DNA of 64,000 nucleotides from Ignavibacteriota bacterium (GTDB lineage Bacteria; Bacteroidota; Ignavibacteria; UBA10030; CAVZMI01): NCBI GenBank assembly GCA_963776275.1, contig CAVZMI010000025.1, positions 1 to 64,000 of the forward strand, read 5' to 3'. Shown piece by piece: positions 42,301 to 53,828 of this stretch (position 1 is its first letter; each line of letters starts with the position of its first letter). The notes under the pieces were generated by a model. It saw only the letters and a program-made list of their open reading frames with translations, ran no database searches and was not told where the DNA came from. The position numbers and the translations under genes were made by a program.

Positions 42301-43371
42301 ATCTACGCGGAGATCGGATTTTGAGGGGATATCGAGCTGTAGTGTTTCGCCTATCTTCGCTTCGGGATTTATAAGTTTTGCCGTTTCCAGGTTGATTTCC
42401 GTGAGCGTATCGCTTACAAACGGTACGACCTGAAATGTTTTTGAGATAAGTTTAATATTGCCCGAAAAAATTGGAAAAAGAGTGACAAAATCGCATGAAA
42501 AAGATGTCCATGCGACGCCGGAAGCGTTCGTCATTACATTGCGCTCGAAATCCCAGCTGCGGCCCGGGTCATAGGATTCTACTTTTAAAATAAAGCTTCC
42601 CATCACAAGTGTATCAGGAGGATTACAATACGCGGGATCGATAGCACAGATGATGGCATCGATTTTTTTACGGACGTCGGCGATCAACACGGGGATTTCA
42701 AATTCCTGATCTCGGGTGTCATCCAGCTGATCTTCCAACGCTTCCAGGTCGTGTTTTGATCTATTAACGCTTTCACGGCTCATAACATCTTTCGAACGAT
42801 CCAGCCGTGCCGAAGCTTCTTTCAGAGGTCCTTTTTCCATGGCGATGATGATTTCCTCACGATAGCTTTTCATCGCTTCTTCAGCTTTTTTTCGGGCTGC
42901 GCGTATATCGCCGGCCTCCACTTTTTGGATTGCGTCCTCATAACTCTTCTCGGCATCCGCGAATTCGGAAGGTGCCAGCTTGATGTACTCTCGCTGTGCC
43001 GCTTCTTTCCTCATGACGCTCGCTTTTGCAAGAGTGATTTTGGAAATATTTGCCGTTTCAATTGCTTCGTTTGTTGCTTTTACCGCATCACGAAGCGTTT
43101 CGCGGATATCTTCGAGACGCTCGCCCTCCCGATAATCTTTTTCGGCGCTCCTATATAATTTTAGAGCTTTTTCGTAAAGGCTTGGCGCAAAAGTAGGCAC
43201 TTCTTCTTGCTGTGCTTTTTTAATTGCAGTCTCGATTTCTCGGAACAGTTCGCTCTTCACCCGATCCTGTTCTTGTGCGAAAACAAACGAGGTCGGACAG
43301 GCCAGTAGAAGGATGAGCACTGCAAATATAAACGGTAAAATTTTTCGACAATGGGAAGAATTCATAGGCAT
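39313..43371 (-). CDS. Giant (1,352 aa) secreted protein: helical N-terminal repeats, long beta-rich body and Cys-rich C-terminus
   Basis: Intact ORF; signal peptide ...VFA-Q; 'AP..Y/F..A...Y..A' helical repeats; C-terminal domain similar to that of the giant protein at 1451-7782. Confidence 0.8.
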   Translation of the reverse strand: MPMNSSHCRKILPFIFAVLILLLACPTSFVFAQEQDRVKSELFREIETAIKKAQQEEVPTFAPSLYEKALKLYRSAEKDYREGERLEDIRETLRDAVKATNEAIETANISKITLAKASVMRKEAAQREYIKLAPSEFADAEKSYEDAIQKVEAGDIRAARKKAEEAMKSYREEIIIAMEKGPLKEASARLDRSKDVMSRESVNRSKHDLEALEDQLDDTRDQEFEIPVLIADVRKKIDAIICAIDPAYCNPPDTLVMGSFILKVESYDPGRSWDFERNVMTNASGVAWTSFSCDFVTLFPIFSGNIKLISKTFQVVPFVSDTLTEINLETAKLINPEAKIGETLQLDIPSKSDLRVDLLKGKRDLIDLLGKPKGTIKVRFENLTIEPVAHSKVGKVLEGTAHYPTVPPTPDRITLSIAGFKVYIDSLLLAPTAATAQAELEFPPSIVDLSECRPGHVNLGTISINSSCQFHKELYDSTFGPWVMDNTGIVFGGTGFVADFSTSWMVPAGPDLPPMLPAWRGVVLKSGSTIAHSSIDTSNVGFLYGSYRFTNATVRSSGLNTKLVLDSVRKYMTLAPLAYYIFLHGGSLQIENGMVREGSFAVAGELPPGVKSDGGSPIPFHFNSFKVDSLLNITGVIDTLHSKIILSESYALAVRKGNFFLPAAPVPIAPLYFDRSTYNRSTIESILDTMPLPGLTIYRKNIDSLMISSKDVHPRFWVKRPHGWLNIVTQGGVGDIYLFGNPKEILDIQCRLGQPGTPGYKSDSTFATEFKDTVIVDFVHNAVYDMYFKGDITIPYPCGPAVVGVKIPFYDMGFTSTGACVGGNPVFADTITLDYWGVGITSKWGVVSVRTGEILYTDAMITEPRHFALGFNIYWGEMRADGNLGNFFFNYNSGNQKFDGFPFTIHNASLSRYNPIPALAEGHPLLGYLEVEGDVHFPFWGSRTVTIRDYKYPDRPETPYNLRYVRITPDYFAVQRNWGSGRADMNFSVVCYDSLDQDGFQGRGQVKLLGQLDGTIASLMDMSSIASNIYYCSGEMEEGAGASASDVLLTGAVGSITLGPIGGSIQIIGDKLERIYIEGPMEMSGDVGWLGIGAAMQINGLMTVEITPTSLTLGTVAGISMTLVRVAGLQGMAGIKFTASTTGLQGDIFGNFNTFPVQVGAEGQFSFGVGYPPNPSFYFEGYAKTWIYFFGSGMKAEGALVVALNAPRGQLWALDKIGKSLTANKVLTSLGVASDARLTGFYGGGKFGGTLDLGIIDGGCWVWGGAGCFYITNSSSFIIVGNAGVEITGEVLYGLLSASLWAELGGALDVSAIPPRFSLCGAAGIDVCCCWDLICFGWSGSVCIGTNGIKTN

Positions 43372-43579
43372 TCCTCATGAAATAATTCCATTAGAATTTT
43401 TTTTGGGGCGAGCTGCATTCAGTGATTAATAACCGCACTCTCGATTTTCATTTTCTACAGAGCGTGCGTGGAGTTTCAATGACTGCTTTGTTAATCCAGA
43501 TTATCCGACGATCTTAATAGTCAAACGAAGAAACGCGTATTCACATAAACGTTAATCGGTAGGTAAAATCACTTACACG

Positions 43580-43608
43580 AATATAAATAATACTTTTTCC
43601 TTTATCAA
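43580..43608 (-). promoter_or_regulatory. sigma70-type promoter of giant-protein locus 2
   Basis: TTGATA-17-TATATT on the minus strand, about 210 nt upstream of the start. Confidence 0.6.
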
Positions 43609-43798
43609 GAGTCATTTGCTGGATTTTTAGGAACTAGGGGTTAATGAAGGACGCTAGAATCAGGTTTCAGTAGGTCCTGATCGAGAACAGATCAGTACGA
43701 TAATATTGTCCTTCAATTGAAAATATACGGTTTTTACTCAATGATAAGAAGTCCTTGCCTTCTTTTTCGAAGTTTTGTATATTATACTATACGAAATT

Positions 43799-43872
43799 GC
43801 GCCGATAGCTCAACTGGATAGAGTGCAAGCCTCCGGAGCTTGAGGTTCCGGGTTCGACTCCCGGTCGGCGTA
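43799..43872 (+). tRNA. tRNA-Arg(CCG)
   Basis: GCGCCGA/TCGGCGT acceptor stem, CAAGC-CT-CCG-GA-GCTTG anticodon arm, GGTTCGAC T-loop; CCA not encoded; promoter TTGCCT-17-TATATT at 43755-43783. Confidence 0.96.
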
Positions 43873-43894
43873 CGAACTCATAAAAGGAGGATGT

Positions 43895-44584
43895 ATGCTT
43901 AAAGCGAAGAAGAAAATTACAAAACGAGAGCTCAAACAGGATACTCTTATCACAACACTCGTCAAAGCCGAGAATTTCTTTACTCTATATAAAAAGTATG
44001 TGACCTATGCGGTGTTCGGAATAATCGTCCTTATCATTGTCGGATTTGTCTATTCTAACAACCGGAAAGCCGATGAAGAGAAAGCGACAATGGAGCTCAC
44101 AAAGATTAGCTCGATGTTTCAAACGGATCAATTTGAAATTGCAATCAAAGGAATTCCAGAGAAAAACGTCATGGGATTACAAAAAATCGTCGATAACTAT
44201 GGGAGCTCGGAATCCGGCGAACATGCAAAGATTTATCTGGCAAATTGCTATTACGCAATGGGGAAAATTGATGAAGCATTGAAATACTATGAGGATTTTG
44301 GCGGTAGCCTGCTTGAGTTGAAAGCGGCAGCTCTGGCCGGTGCGGCTTCGTGTTATGAAAACAAGAACGATTATAAACGGGCGGCCGAGCTTTTTGAAAA
44401 AGCCGGAAACAAATATTCATCGGTTCCGTCGGCATCGGAAAATCTGGTCAATGCCGCTCGCAACTACGGACTCATCGGAGATAAAGAGCGTGCAAAGATG
44501 CTTCTGAAGAAAGTCAAAACAGAATATCCGCAATCAACCGAAGCTCGCGACGTTGATCGTCTGATTGCTCTTCTGCCGTCGTGA
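43895..44584 (+). CDS. YfgM-like single-TM tetratricopeptide repeat protein
   Basis: 'KRELKQD' N-terminus, one TM helix, TPR helices. Confidence 0.8.
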   Translation: MLKAKKKITKRELKQDTLITTLVKAENFFTLYKKYVTYAVFGIIVLIIVGFVYSNNRKADEEKATMELTKISSMFQTDQFEIAIKGIPEKNVMGLQKIVDNYGSSESGEHAKIYLANCYYAMGKIDEALKYYEDFGGSLLELKAAALAGAASCYENKNDYKRAAELFEKAGNKYSSVPSASENLVNAARNYGLIGDKERAKMLLKKVKTEYPQSTEARDVDRLIALLPS

Positions 44585-44758
44585 GTGTTGAACTACAGAC
44601 AACCGCCTTTCTGATGCCCCTCCAACTATTTAATTGTACAAATGAAGGGGCACAGTACCATCAAAGCGTATAGAAAATAGTCGCTATGAAGTAATATTAC
44701 GATTTTTAGAAGATATAATATGTTGAAACCGTTCAATCATTTAATTGAATCGGTACTA

Positions 44759-44792
44759 GCAAAGCTCTCTAAATGAGGGCTTTGCCTGTTTT
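44759..44792 (+). terminator. Rho-independent terminator
   Basis: GCAAAGCTCTC-taaat-GAGGGCTTTGC-CTGTTTT. Confidence 0.7.
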
Positions 44793-44951
44793 CATGCGTG
44801 CTTGTGTTTCGCACCGAAAAGAAGTATCTTTGCCTCAATAGAATTTGGTGAATTCCTTAGAAAAATTGCAACTTTTGCTCAATTTCTTCGAACAATATAT
44901 ATAGTCCTGAAGATTGATCACGGCATATAGTTATCAGAGTACCAGGTCACG

Positions 44952-47119
44952 ATGCGATTCCGGCGTATCCTCTACATACTTATTCCACTTGTAATATTTA
45001 CCATTATCTTTATTCTCGATATCCTGAGAAAGAATGTCGCGCTCAATATATTCGGGGTATGGTATCTCCGCGATGTGTTTGTCATCGTCGGTTTTTTCTT
45101 CTCTTATTTGTTTATCCAGAGTCTTCCCTCGATAACGGCGGTAAGAAGTCCGATCAAGCGTTTAGGAAGCATATTCATTCTTACTCTCATTATAATCGTT
45201 GTATATGCTCTCCTCTCATTCATCCGGAAGGAGGGATTTTTACCTGTCGATTCCTGGCTTGTTCCACAGGATTATATGACCATCATTATCGGAACGATTC
45301 TAAGTGTTATTGTGGGATTGACGGCGATTGCCATCTTTCTTCATCTCAAGATGATGGTTCTTCTCCGCCGGAAGAAAGGAACGCGCCGTAATTTTATCAT
45401 TCTGCTGCTCCTTCTTGCGGCGACAAGCATCTCCGCATTCGGTATGCATCCGCTCGAGAGCTCGGCGTTCACGACGATCCTTCTTTGGATGACCGTCATG
45501 ATGGTGATCGTTATTTCATTTAGGCTCTCATGGATCGTTCTTCTTTCACGGAAGGAAAAAATCTACAGCATCGTGTACGGTGTTCTATTGTTTACGGCAT
45601 TTCTCGCCATCAATATGTTATTCAATGGGACATTTCTCGACAAGGCAATGGTGTATTATTGTGCTCCGCTGAGATATTATTCTTTTCTCGTATCAATATT
45701 CGGTATGATTTATTTCGGACTCACATTCGTCAGCACGCTATTTCACCTGCCGACTGCCGATGCATACGAACGGAAACAGAGCGAGGTAAATTCACTCCAC
45801 AACCTGGGCCGTCTTGTCACACGCGTTTTCGATTTTAACGATCTGGTCACCACAGTCACGAAAATGACGCTGGAAGTATGCGGAGCACAAAGTGCATGGC
45901 TGGAAATGGTATAACAGGATGACGACCAACAACAGACGGTGTATAAGGTCGAGACAGTATCAATTAAAAATATTACAGCAGAACAAATTGAAGTTCTAAA
46001 TGGTGAGAAAGGAAATCTTCTACGTGAAATTGTAGCAGAAAAAAAACATGTCGTGCTGATCGACAACGTTGCCCGTGATCATAGGTTTACCCATATCGGA
46101 AAGTTGAAGAAAAATATAGACGCATTGCTCATAGTTCCGCTCCTTTCTCACGAAACGATGATCGGTATTTTGTACGCTACGAAAGGGAGAGAGGAATATT
46201 TTGATCAGGATGATATTGAGGTAATCTCGACATTTGCCGATAACGTAACAATCGCCATTGAGAATTCGCGTCTCATTGAAAAGTCGATTGAACGCGAACG
46301 TCTGCAGCGTGAAATGATGCTCGCGCGGGAAATGCAACAAAGGTTGCTTCCTCAGGTAATTCCAACCGATCCCCGATATGAGTTATCGGCGATTTCGATT
46401 CCGGCATCCGAGGTTGGAGGGGACTACTATGATATTGTAAATCTTGATACCGATACGATCGGTATAGTCGTCGGGGATGTATCAGGTAAAGGAGTTTCGG
46501 CGGCGTTTTATATGGCTGAAGTAAAAGGCATTTTCCAGTCACTAAGTAAGATGACTCAGTCGCCTAAACAATTTTTGGTTCTTGCGAATAACGCACTGAG
46601 CGGAAGTATTGATAAACGGTCGTTCGTGAGCCTGGTCTATGTCATTCTTGACGCGAAGTAGGAAAACTTCGAATTGCCCGGGCAGGACATTGTCCGATGC
46701 TGTATGTCGGAAAAGAAGAAGTCCGCTACGTCCAGCCGACAGGTCTCGGTCTCGGGCTCAGCCGGGATAGCGTATTTGAAGAATCGACAAAGGAAGAAGA
46801 AATTATTTTGAAGAATGGAGATATCTGCGTATTTTATACCGACGGGGTAACCGAGGCGCGAAATCAAGCAGGAGAAGAATTCGGTTATGAACGACTCTTA
46901 CAGGTTGTGACCGGTCATCATTCCGATTCCGCCGAACATATCCGTAATGAGATTGTCGAGAATGTCCGCCGTCATCAAGAGAACGGCCTTAATGATGATG
47001 ATCTCACAATTCTCATCCTAAAATGGCATGGATCGTCGGTATCTCGTACTAATGCGGTGGGGCGCGGCAGAGTGAGCAGAGTGTATTATCTACAGCCGGA
47101 GGGAGATTTGAACGTATGA
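44952..47119 (+). CDS. Membrane-anchored GAF-PP2C (SpoIIE/RsbU-like) phosphatase; in-frame TAA at 45912-45914 and an indel near 46656
   Basis: Multi-TM N-terminus, GAF, 'EVGGDYYD', 'GDVSGKG', 'ARAGHCP', 'YTDGVTEA', 'DDLT'. Confidence 0.8.
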
Positions 47120-47472
47120 GCGATTTTAAAATTGCACTTCGCGAGGAAAATCGCATCAATATTGTTGAATTGAAAGGTTATCTTGATGCACATACTGCGC
47201 CTGAGCTGGAAAATACACTCCAACAGCTTATGACAAACAAGAAATTCAACATCATTGTTAATTGCCGTGATCTGAACTACATCAGTAGCGCCGGTCTCGG
47301 TGTCTTCATGGCGTTCATCGAAGATGTCCGGCAGCAGAGGGGGGACATCAAGCTGTCGAACATGTCTCCAAAGGTATATAATGTCTTTGATCTGCTCGGC
47401 TTCCCGATTCTTTATGAGATCTTCAAAGATGAAAAGGAAGCAATTAAAAAATTTACGGAAACGACGATATGA
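47116..47472 (+). CDS. STAS-domain anti-sigma factor antagonist (RsbV-like)
   Basis: 'GYLDAHTAP', 'YISSAGLG'. Confidence 0.92.
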   Translation: MSDFKIALREENRINIVELKGYLDAHTAPELENTLQQLMTNKKFNIIVNCRDLNYISSAGLGVFMAFIEDVRQQRGDIKLSNMSPKVYNVFDLLGFPILYEIFKDEKEAIKKFTETTI

Positions 47473-47512
47473 TGGGATTCAGCGTGAAATTCAAGTTGGC
47501 AAGGAAATATGG

Positions 47513-47953
47513 ATGGTAAAAAAAGATTCATATATGAGCGATCTAGTCGTCCCGAGCCGGACTGACCGTCTAAAAGAAGTCCGGGATTTTGTATCGCGCG
47601 CTGCTCAACATTTCGGTTTCGACGAAGACGATGTAAATAAGATAGTCCTTGCTGTCGATGAGGCCTGCACAAACATCATTAAACATGCATACGATTACGG
47701 GAAAAATCATACAATAAAATTATCTATTCTCACAAAAAAGACTGTTTTTGAAATTACAATTACAGATCAGGGAAGGCCGTTCGATCCATCGAGTGTTCCC
47801 CAACCCAATATGAAAGAATATCTCTCGCACTTTAAAAGAGGCGGTCTCGGGATGTATTTAATGAAGACTGTAATGGATAAGGTGGAATACGATTTTAAAC
47901 CCGGACCCGTTAACCGTGTCCGGCTCACAAAATATCTTCAGCGTCAGACCTGA
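47513..47953 (+). CDS. Anti-sigma factor Ser/Thr kinase (RsbW-like)
   Basis: 'LAVDEACTNIIKHAY', 'DQGRPFD', 'GGLGMYLM'. Confidence 0.9.
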   Translation: MVKKDSYMSDLVVPSRTDRLKEVRDFVSRAAQHFGFDEDDVNKIVLAVDEACTNIIKHAYDYGKNHTIKLSILTKKTVFEITITDQGRPFDPSSVPQPNMKEYLSHFKRGGLGMYLMKTVMDKVEYDFKPGPVNRVRLTKYLQRQT

Positions 47954-49752
47954 TGAGCTCCCCATGAAAAAGGGAAAAGCGAGAAAAAACCGATAAGACC
48001 AAAGCCGCATCGCTCAAGAGAAACAGCAAAAAACATCCAGCATGATGCATTTACACTCGGCTCGCTCTTCGAATATAGCCGCATCATCAACTCTTCACTA
48101 GATCTCCCTTTTATTCTTGGCAATGTATTGCTGACAATCATGGGAAAACTTCTCGTATCCCGTGCATTGGTGTTGCTGCGGCACGAGGAAGGGAAATACC
48201 GGATTGATAGTGCAAAGGGATTGCCGCAGGAGATACATGGGAAGAGAATTTCAATCGAAAATTCACAAATTTCAACACTCGGAATAGGCATTCTTCCTCC
48301 GATGAAATACACCACTCGGAGCATTTCTTCGTCAGTACGATTTTGAGACGGTTCTTCCCGTAATGTCCAGAAGCGTCCAGTTCGGCATGATCGCTATCGG
48401 GACGAACGACTGCGAGGAACTAAATATTCCAAGAAAGAGAAGGAATTCCTGGAGTCATTGGTCAATCTGTCGGCTACGGCAATGGAAAAAGGATTGATGA
48501 TCGAAGAATTCCGCCAGGTGAATCGGACACTCGATCAGAAAATCCAGGAACTGAACACATTGTTTGAACTCAGCAAAGAGTTCAATGCAACACTCGAACG
48601 GGAAAAAATCATCAAGACACTCCTGTTCTCTTTAATGGGACAGATCGGTGTCCGACGATATTGCGTATTTCTGCGCGAAGGGGAAACAATGAAAACCGTC
48701 GTCAATCGATCGATGACAGAGATTGTAAACGATGAGTTCTTTGATGCTCTCAACAGATATCATTCGGCCTCATTGGTCAATGAGCTTCCCGCAGGGACAC
48801 GAGAGTCATACGGACAGAGCTGAAAGCGTTTACAAATGAAGATCATCGTTCCAATGATGACGCAGAATATCACAGGTGGAATAATATGTCTCGGAGAGAA
48901 AATCGGCGGGGGGGATTATACGGAATCGGATTGCGAATTTCTCTCATCTGTTGGCAGCCTGGCAATGATCTCACTGGAAAATGCCCGGTTATTTGTAGAA
49001 ACACTGGAGAAGCAGCGAATGGAGGACGAACTCAACATTGCGCGGGAAATCCAGAGAGGATTACTTCCGAGTACACTTCCCAAAATACCGGGATATGAAA
49101 TAGTCGCTGTTAATATTTCATCGAAACAGGTCGGTGGCGATACCTACGATGTTATCCAGCTTTCCCGACAAAGTATGTTATCACAATTGGTGACGTTTCA
49201 GGCAAAGGTACACCGGCTGCACTTCTGATGGCAAATGTACAGGCAACTATCAGGGCCCTTGTATCGCTCGATCTGCCCCTTCCCGAACTCACTAAAGGCG
49301 TAAATAATTTGATTTATGACAGTACGAGTACAGACAGGTTTATTACTTTCTTCTGGGGAATTCTCGATACCCTTAACAATCAGTTTACAACAGTCAATGC
49401 CGGACATAATCCGCCGTACATAATTTCAAGAGATGGGAATTTCAGACGGCTTGAAAAAGGAGGGATTATACTCGGTGTGATGCCTACATCTGCTCCCTAT
49501 GAAGAAGAAGTCACATATATACAGAAGGATGATTTAATTGTTCTTTATACCGACGGTGTAAGCGAGGCGATGAATGCAGATGGAAAAGAATTCGGTGAAG
49601 AACGAATCGAAAGAGTTCTCATAAATTCGCATCATGAATCCGCAAATCGTATTCTTTTTGACCTTCAGACAGCCATCCGTGAGTATACAATCGGATCATC
49701 ACAATCAGATGACATCACACTTGTCCTCCTTAAGCGGATATGTGAAAAATAG
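47953..49752 (+). CDS. Second GAF-GAF-PP2C (SpoIIE-like) phosphatase, fragmented by several apparent indels
   Basis: Fragments give 'LFEYSRIINSSLD', 'LFELSKEFN', 'ENARL', 'VGGDTYD', 'NAGHNPP', 'YTDGVSEA', 'SDDIT'. Confidence 0.75.
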
Positions 49753-49753
49753 C

Positions 49754-49807
49754 TTGACTTTTTATAATGTTTTTAATATATTAGCACTCACATTAAGAGA
49801 GTGCTAA
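49754..49807 (+). promoter_or_regulatory. groESL promoter with a perfect CIRCE operator (HrcA site)
   Basis: TTGACT-17-TATATT overlapping TTAGCACTC-N9-GAGTGCTAA (49781-49807). Confidence 0.95.
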
Positions 49808-49875
49808 TAAACGATAATTTTATAAGAAATCAATCAAATCTGCTTATTTTTCACGAAATTCAAGAGGAGGTAAAA

Positions 49876-50160
49876 ATGAAAATTAAACCCTTAGCAGACC
49901 GGGTTGTTGTGAAGCCGGCCGTTGCGGAAGAAAAGACAAAAGGGGGGATAATCCTTCCGGATACTGCGAAAGAGAAGCCGGTTATCGGTGAAGTTGTCGC
50001 GGTAGGCCCAGGGAAGGTGATGGAAAATGGAACCCGTGTGGCACTTGAGGTCAAGGTAGGTGACCGAGTGCTTTACGGGAAATATTCCGGCACCGAAGTG
50101 ACACTCGATGGTGAAGAGTATATGATCATGCGCGAAAGCGATCTTTTCGCAATATTGTAG
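49876..50160 (+). CDS. groES: Co-chaperonin GroES
   Basis: 'KPLADRVVV', '[13 protein letters not shown]'; GAGGAGG RBS. Confidence 0.98.
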   Translation: MKIKPLADRVVVKPAVAEEKTKGGIILPDTAKEKPVIGEVVAVGPGKVMENGTRVALEVKVGDRVLYGKYSGTEVTLDGEEYMIMRESDLFAIL

Positions 50161-50210
50161 CCAAAGGATATTTTGAAAAAAATTGAAAAACCTAAAGGAG
50201 TGAAGAACAT

Positions 50211-51851
<1,641 letters not shown>

Positions 51852-51887
51852 TAGAATCGTATCTCGCAAGATTAAGCAGTTATTGCC

Positions 51888-51925
51888 CGAAGCCTCTGGA
51901 TTTCCAGGGGCTTCGCTTGTCTTTG
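51888..51925 (+). terminator. Terminator after groEL
   Basis: CGAAGCCTCTGGA-tt-TCCAGGGGCTTCG followed by a T-rich tail. Confidence 0.75.
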
Positions 51926-51983
51926 TACATTGCTTCTCATCTGATATTCTTTTATATTTCGTCAATATATTTCCAGTATACAA

Positions 51984-53102
51984 ATGAATGTCATCCGTCC
52001 GACCCATGCAATCATCGATCTGAAAGCGATCGACTACAATATGCGCCAGATAAAACGGCGTGTCGGAAATGTAAAGGTGATGGCAGTTGTCAAAGCAAAT
52101 GCCTATGGACATGGAGATGTTCAAGTGGCACGTGTTGTTCTTAACGCCGGCGCTGAATGGCTGGGTGTCGCAATAGCCGAAGAAGGAATAACACTTCGTG
52201 CTTTTTTCCCTGAAGTTCCCATTCTTGCATTCGTTCCGGCAATTATTGATCAACTCCCGCTCTATGTCGAGTATGGTATCGATAGCACACTGTGTACATT
52301 CGAAGTAGCCGATGCGCTTGATGCGCTCGCCGGTGTGCTGCAGAAAAAAGCATCGGTTCATATCAAAGTCGATACAGGTATGGGACGTGTCGGTGTTCCG
52401 TGGGAAGAGGCGGCAGAGTTTTATCGGCATGTAGCACGACTTCCGAATATCGTTATACGAGGTATATACACTCATTTTTCCAGGGCCGACGAGGCGGATA
52501 AAACGTATGCACGACTACAACTCGATAGATTTAATCATGTCCTGGACATCCTTCAGAAAAATGGATATTCAATTCCTCTAAGGCATTGCGCAAACAGCGG
52601 CGCTATCCTTGATATGAAGGAATCTTATTTCGACATGGTTCGCCCCGGAATAACGATTTACGGATATTATCCGTCGAATGATGTCGGCAGGACTATCGAA
52701 CTGAAACCGGCCCTCTCACTCTATTCACGGATCAATTATATGAAAAAAGTATCGCCTGGAACCCCGTTGAGCTACGGGGGTAAGTATGTGGTACAGAAAG
52801 AAACTAGAATTGCATCGGTGACGATAGGTTATGGCGACGGATACAGCAGACTTTTAAGCGGAAAAACAGACGCTCTAATCGGTGGCCAACGGTATCCTGT
52901 TGTGGGACTAATTTGTATGGATCAAATACTTGTTAACGTCGGTATGGAAGCTTCTGTACAATTAGGTGATCGTGTGACACTCATCGGCTCGGATGGCGAT
53001 AAATCTATTACGGCCTGGTCGGTTGCCGAAACACTTGGAACGATTCCTTATGAAGTATTTTGTCAGATATCTCCGCGCGTACCACGAATCTATGTGGAGT
53101 AA
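51984..53102 (+). CDS. alr: Alanine racemase
   Basis: 'AVVKANAYGHG', 'HIKVDTGMGR', 'GYGDGY', 'TIPYE'. Confidence 0.97.
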   Translation: MNVIRPTHAIIDLKAIDYNMRQIKRRVGNVKVMAVVKANAYGHGDVQVARVVLNAGAEWLGVAIAEEGITLRAFFPEVPILAFVPAIIDQLPLYVEYGIDSTLCTFEVADALDALAGVLQKKASVHIKVDTGMGRVGVPWEEAAEFYRHVARLPNIVIRGIYTHFSRADEADKTYARLQLDRFNHVLDILQKNGYSIPLRHCANSGAILDMKESYFDMVRPGITIYGYYPSNDVGRTIELKPALSLYSRINYMKKVSPGTPLSYGGKYVVQKETRIASVTIGYGDGYSRLLSGKTDALIGGQRYPVVGLICMDQILVNVGMEASVQLGDRVTLIGSDGDKSITAWSVAETLGTIPYEVFCQISPRVPRIYVE

Positions 53103-53105
53103 CCA

Positions 53106-53807
53106 ATGAACAGTGGAAAAGAATACCTTGTGAAAATAATGCAATCATGCCGACAAGATCTTGAAGAGCGAATCGCGGAAAGCGAACGCGAGAGGCTGAT
53201 TGCCCTCACAGAAAAAATGAAAAACTCTCAGACCCTTGAAAACGACCTGAGGAAATTATACCGGGTCAAGGACATGGAACAATGTGCGCTTGCATGTCTG
53301 TGGATTATCGATCGAACAAGCACCACACCGGCCAAGGGAAACGAATTCGAGATGGATCGAAAACTTCTGAGTAATGCGCTTCTCGAGTACTATCTGCGTC
53401 ATGATGCCGTTATCAATGCCGCTCAATTACCGCAGCGTGCTGTGCCACCGGTCTTCCTCAGATTCTATGAATCGTTCGATACACTGGTGCTTCAGGTAAA
53501 AGACTCCACCGATGACCCGGATCTATACGAACAGATGTTCGATCATCTCCAGGAATTTTGTGAAGAGAAATCGAGAGAAATGGAATCAATCGACGAACCT
53601 GGAGTTCAAATTTTCATGAATGCTTTAGTCGATTTTTTACATTGGGTTACAACGCGGGAAATCCGTAGCGATGAGCGCGTAATCCAATTCTTGAGCGATA
53701 CCGCGGTAGGTCTAAGCGAAGTTGTTGGATCGGGAGTCGATTTCAATGTCTCCGCGTTGGAACAAACGACGACCCACATAAGCGATGCGAGATACAAAAT
53801 AAAGTGA
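53106..53807 (+). CDS. Hypothetical acidic alpha-helical protein
   Basis: 233-aa ORF in operon between alr and manC; no recognised motif. Confidence 0.7.
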   Translation: MNSGKEYLVKIMQSCRQDLEERIAESERERLIALTEKMKNSQTLENDLRKLYRVKDMEQCALACLWIIDRTSTTPAKGNEFEMDRKLLSNALLEYYLRHDAVINAAQLPQRAVPPVFLRFYESFDTLVLQVKDSTDDPDLYEQMFDHLQEFCEEKSREMESIDEPGVQIFMNALVDFLHWVTTREIRSDERVIQFLSDTAVGLSEVVGSGVDFNVSALEQTTTHISDARYKIK

Positions 53808-53828
53808 TTATGAAATGAACGGCGACTT

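Noticed and set aside
43372-43900. tRNA-integrated genomic island or prophage for the giant-protein loci
   Set aside because: Both loci lie on the 5' side of their tRNAs; no integrase and no duplicated tRNA 3' end is visible in the window.
49801-49875. N-terminal extension of GroES
   Set aside because: The GTG lies inside the CIRCE operator; the real start is ATG 49876 after GAGGAGG.
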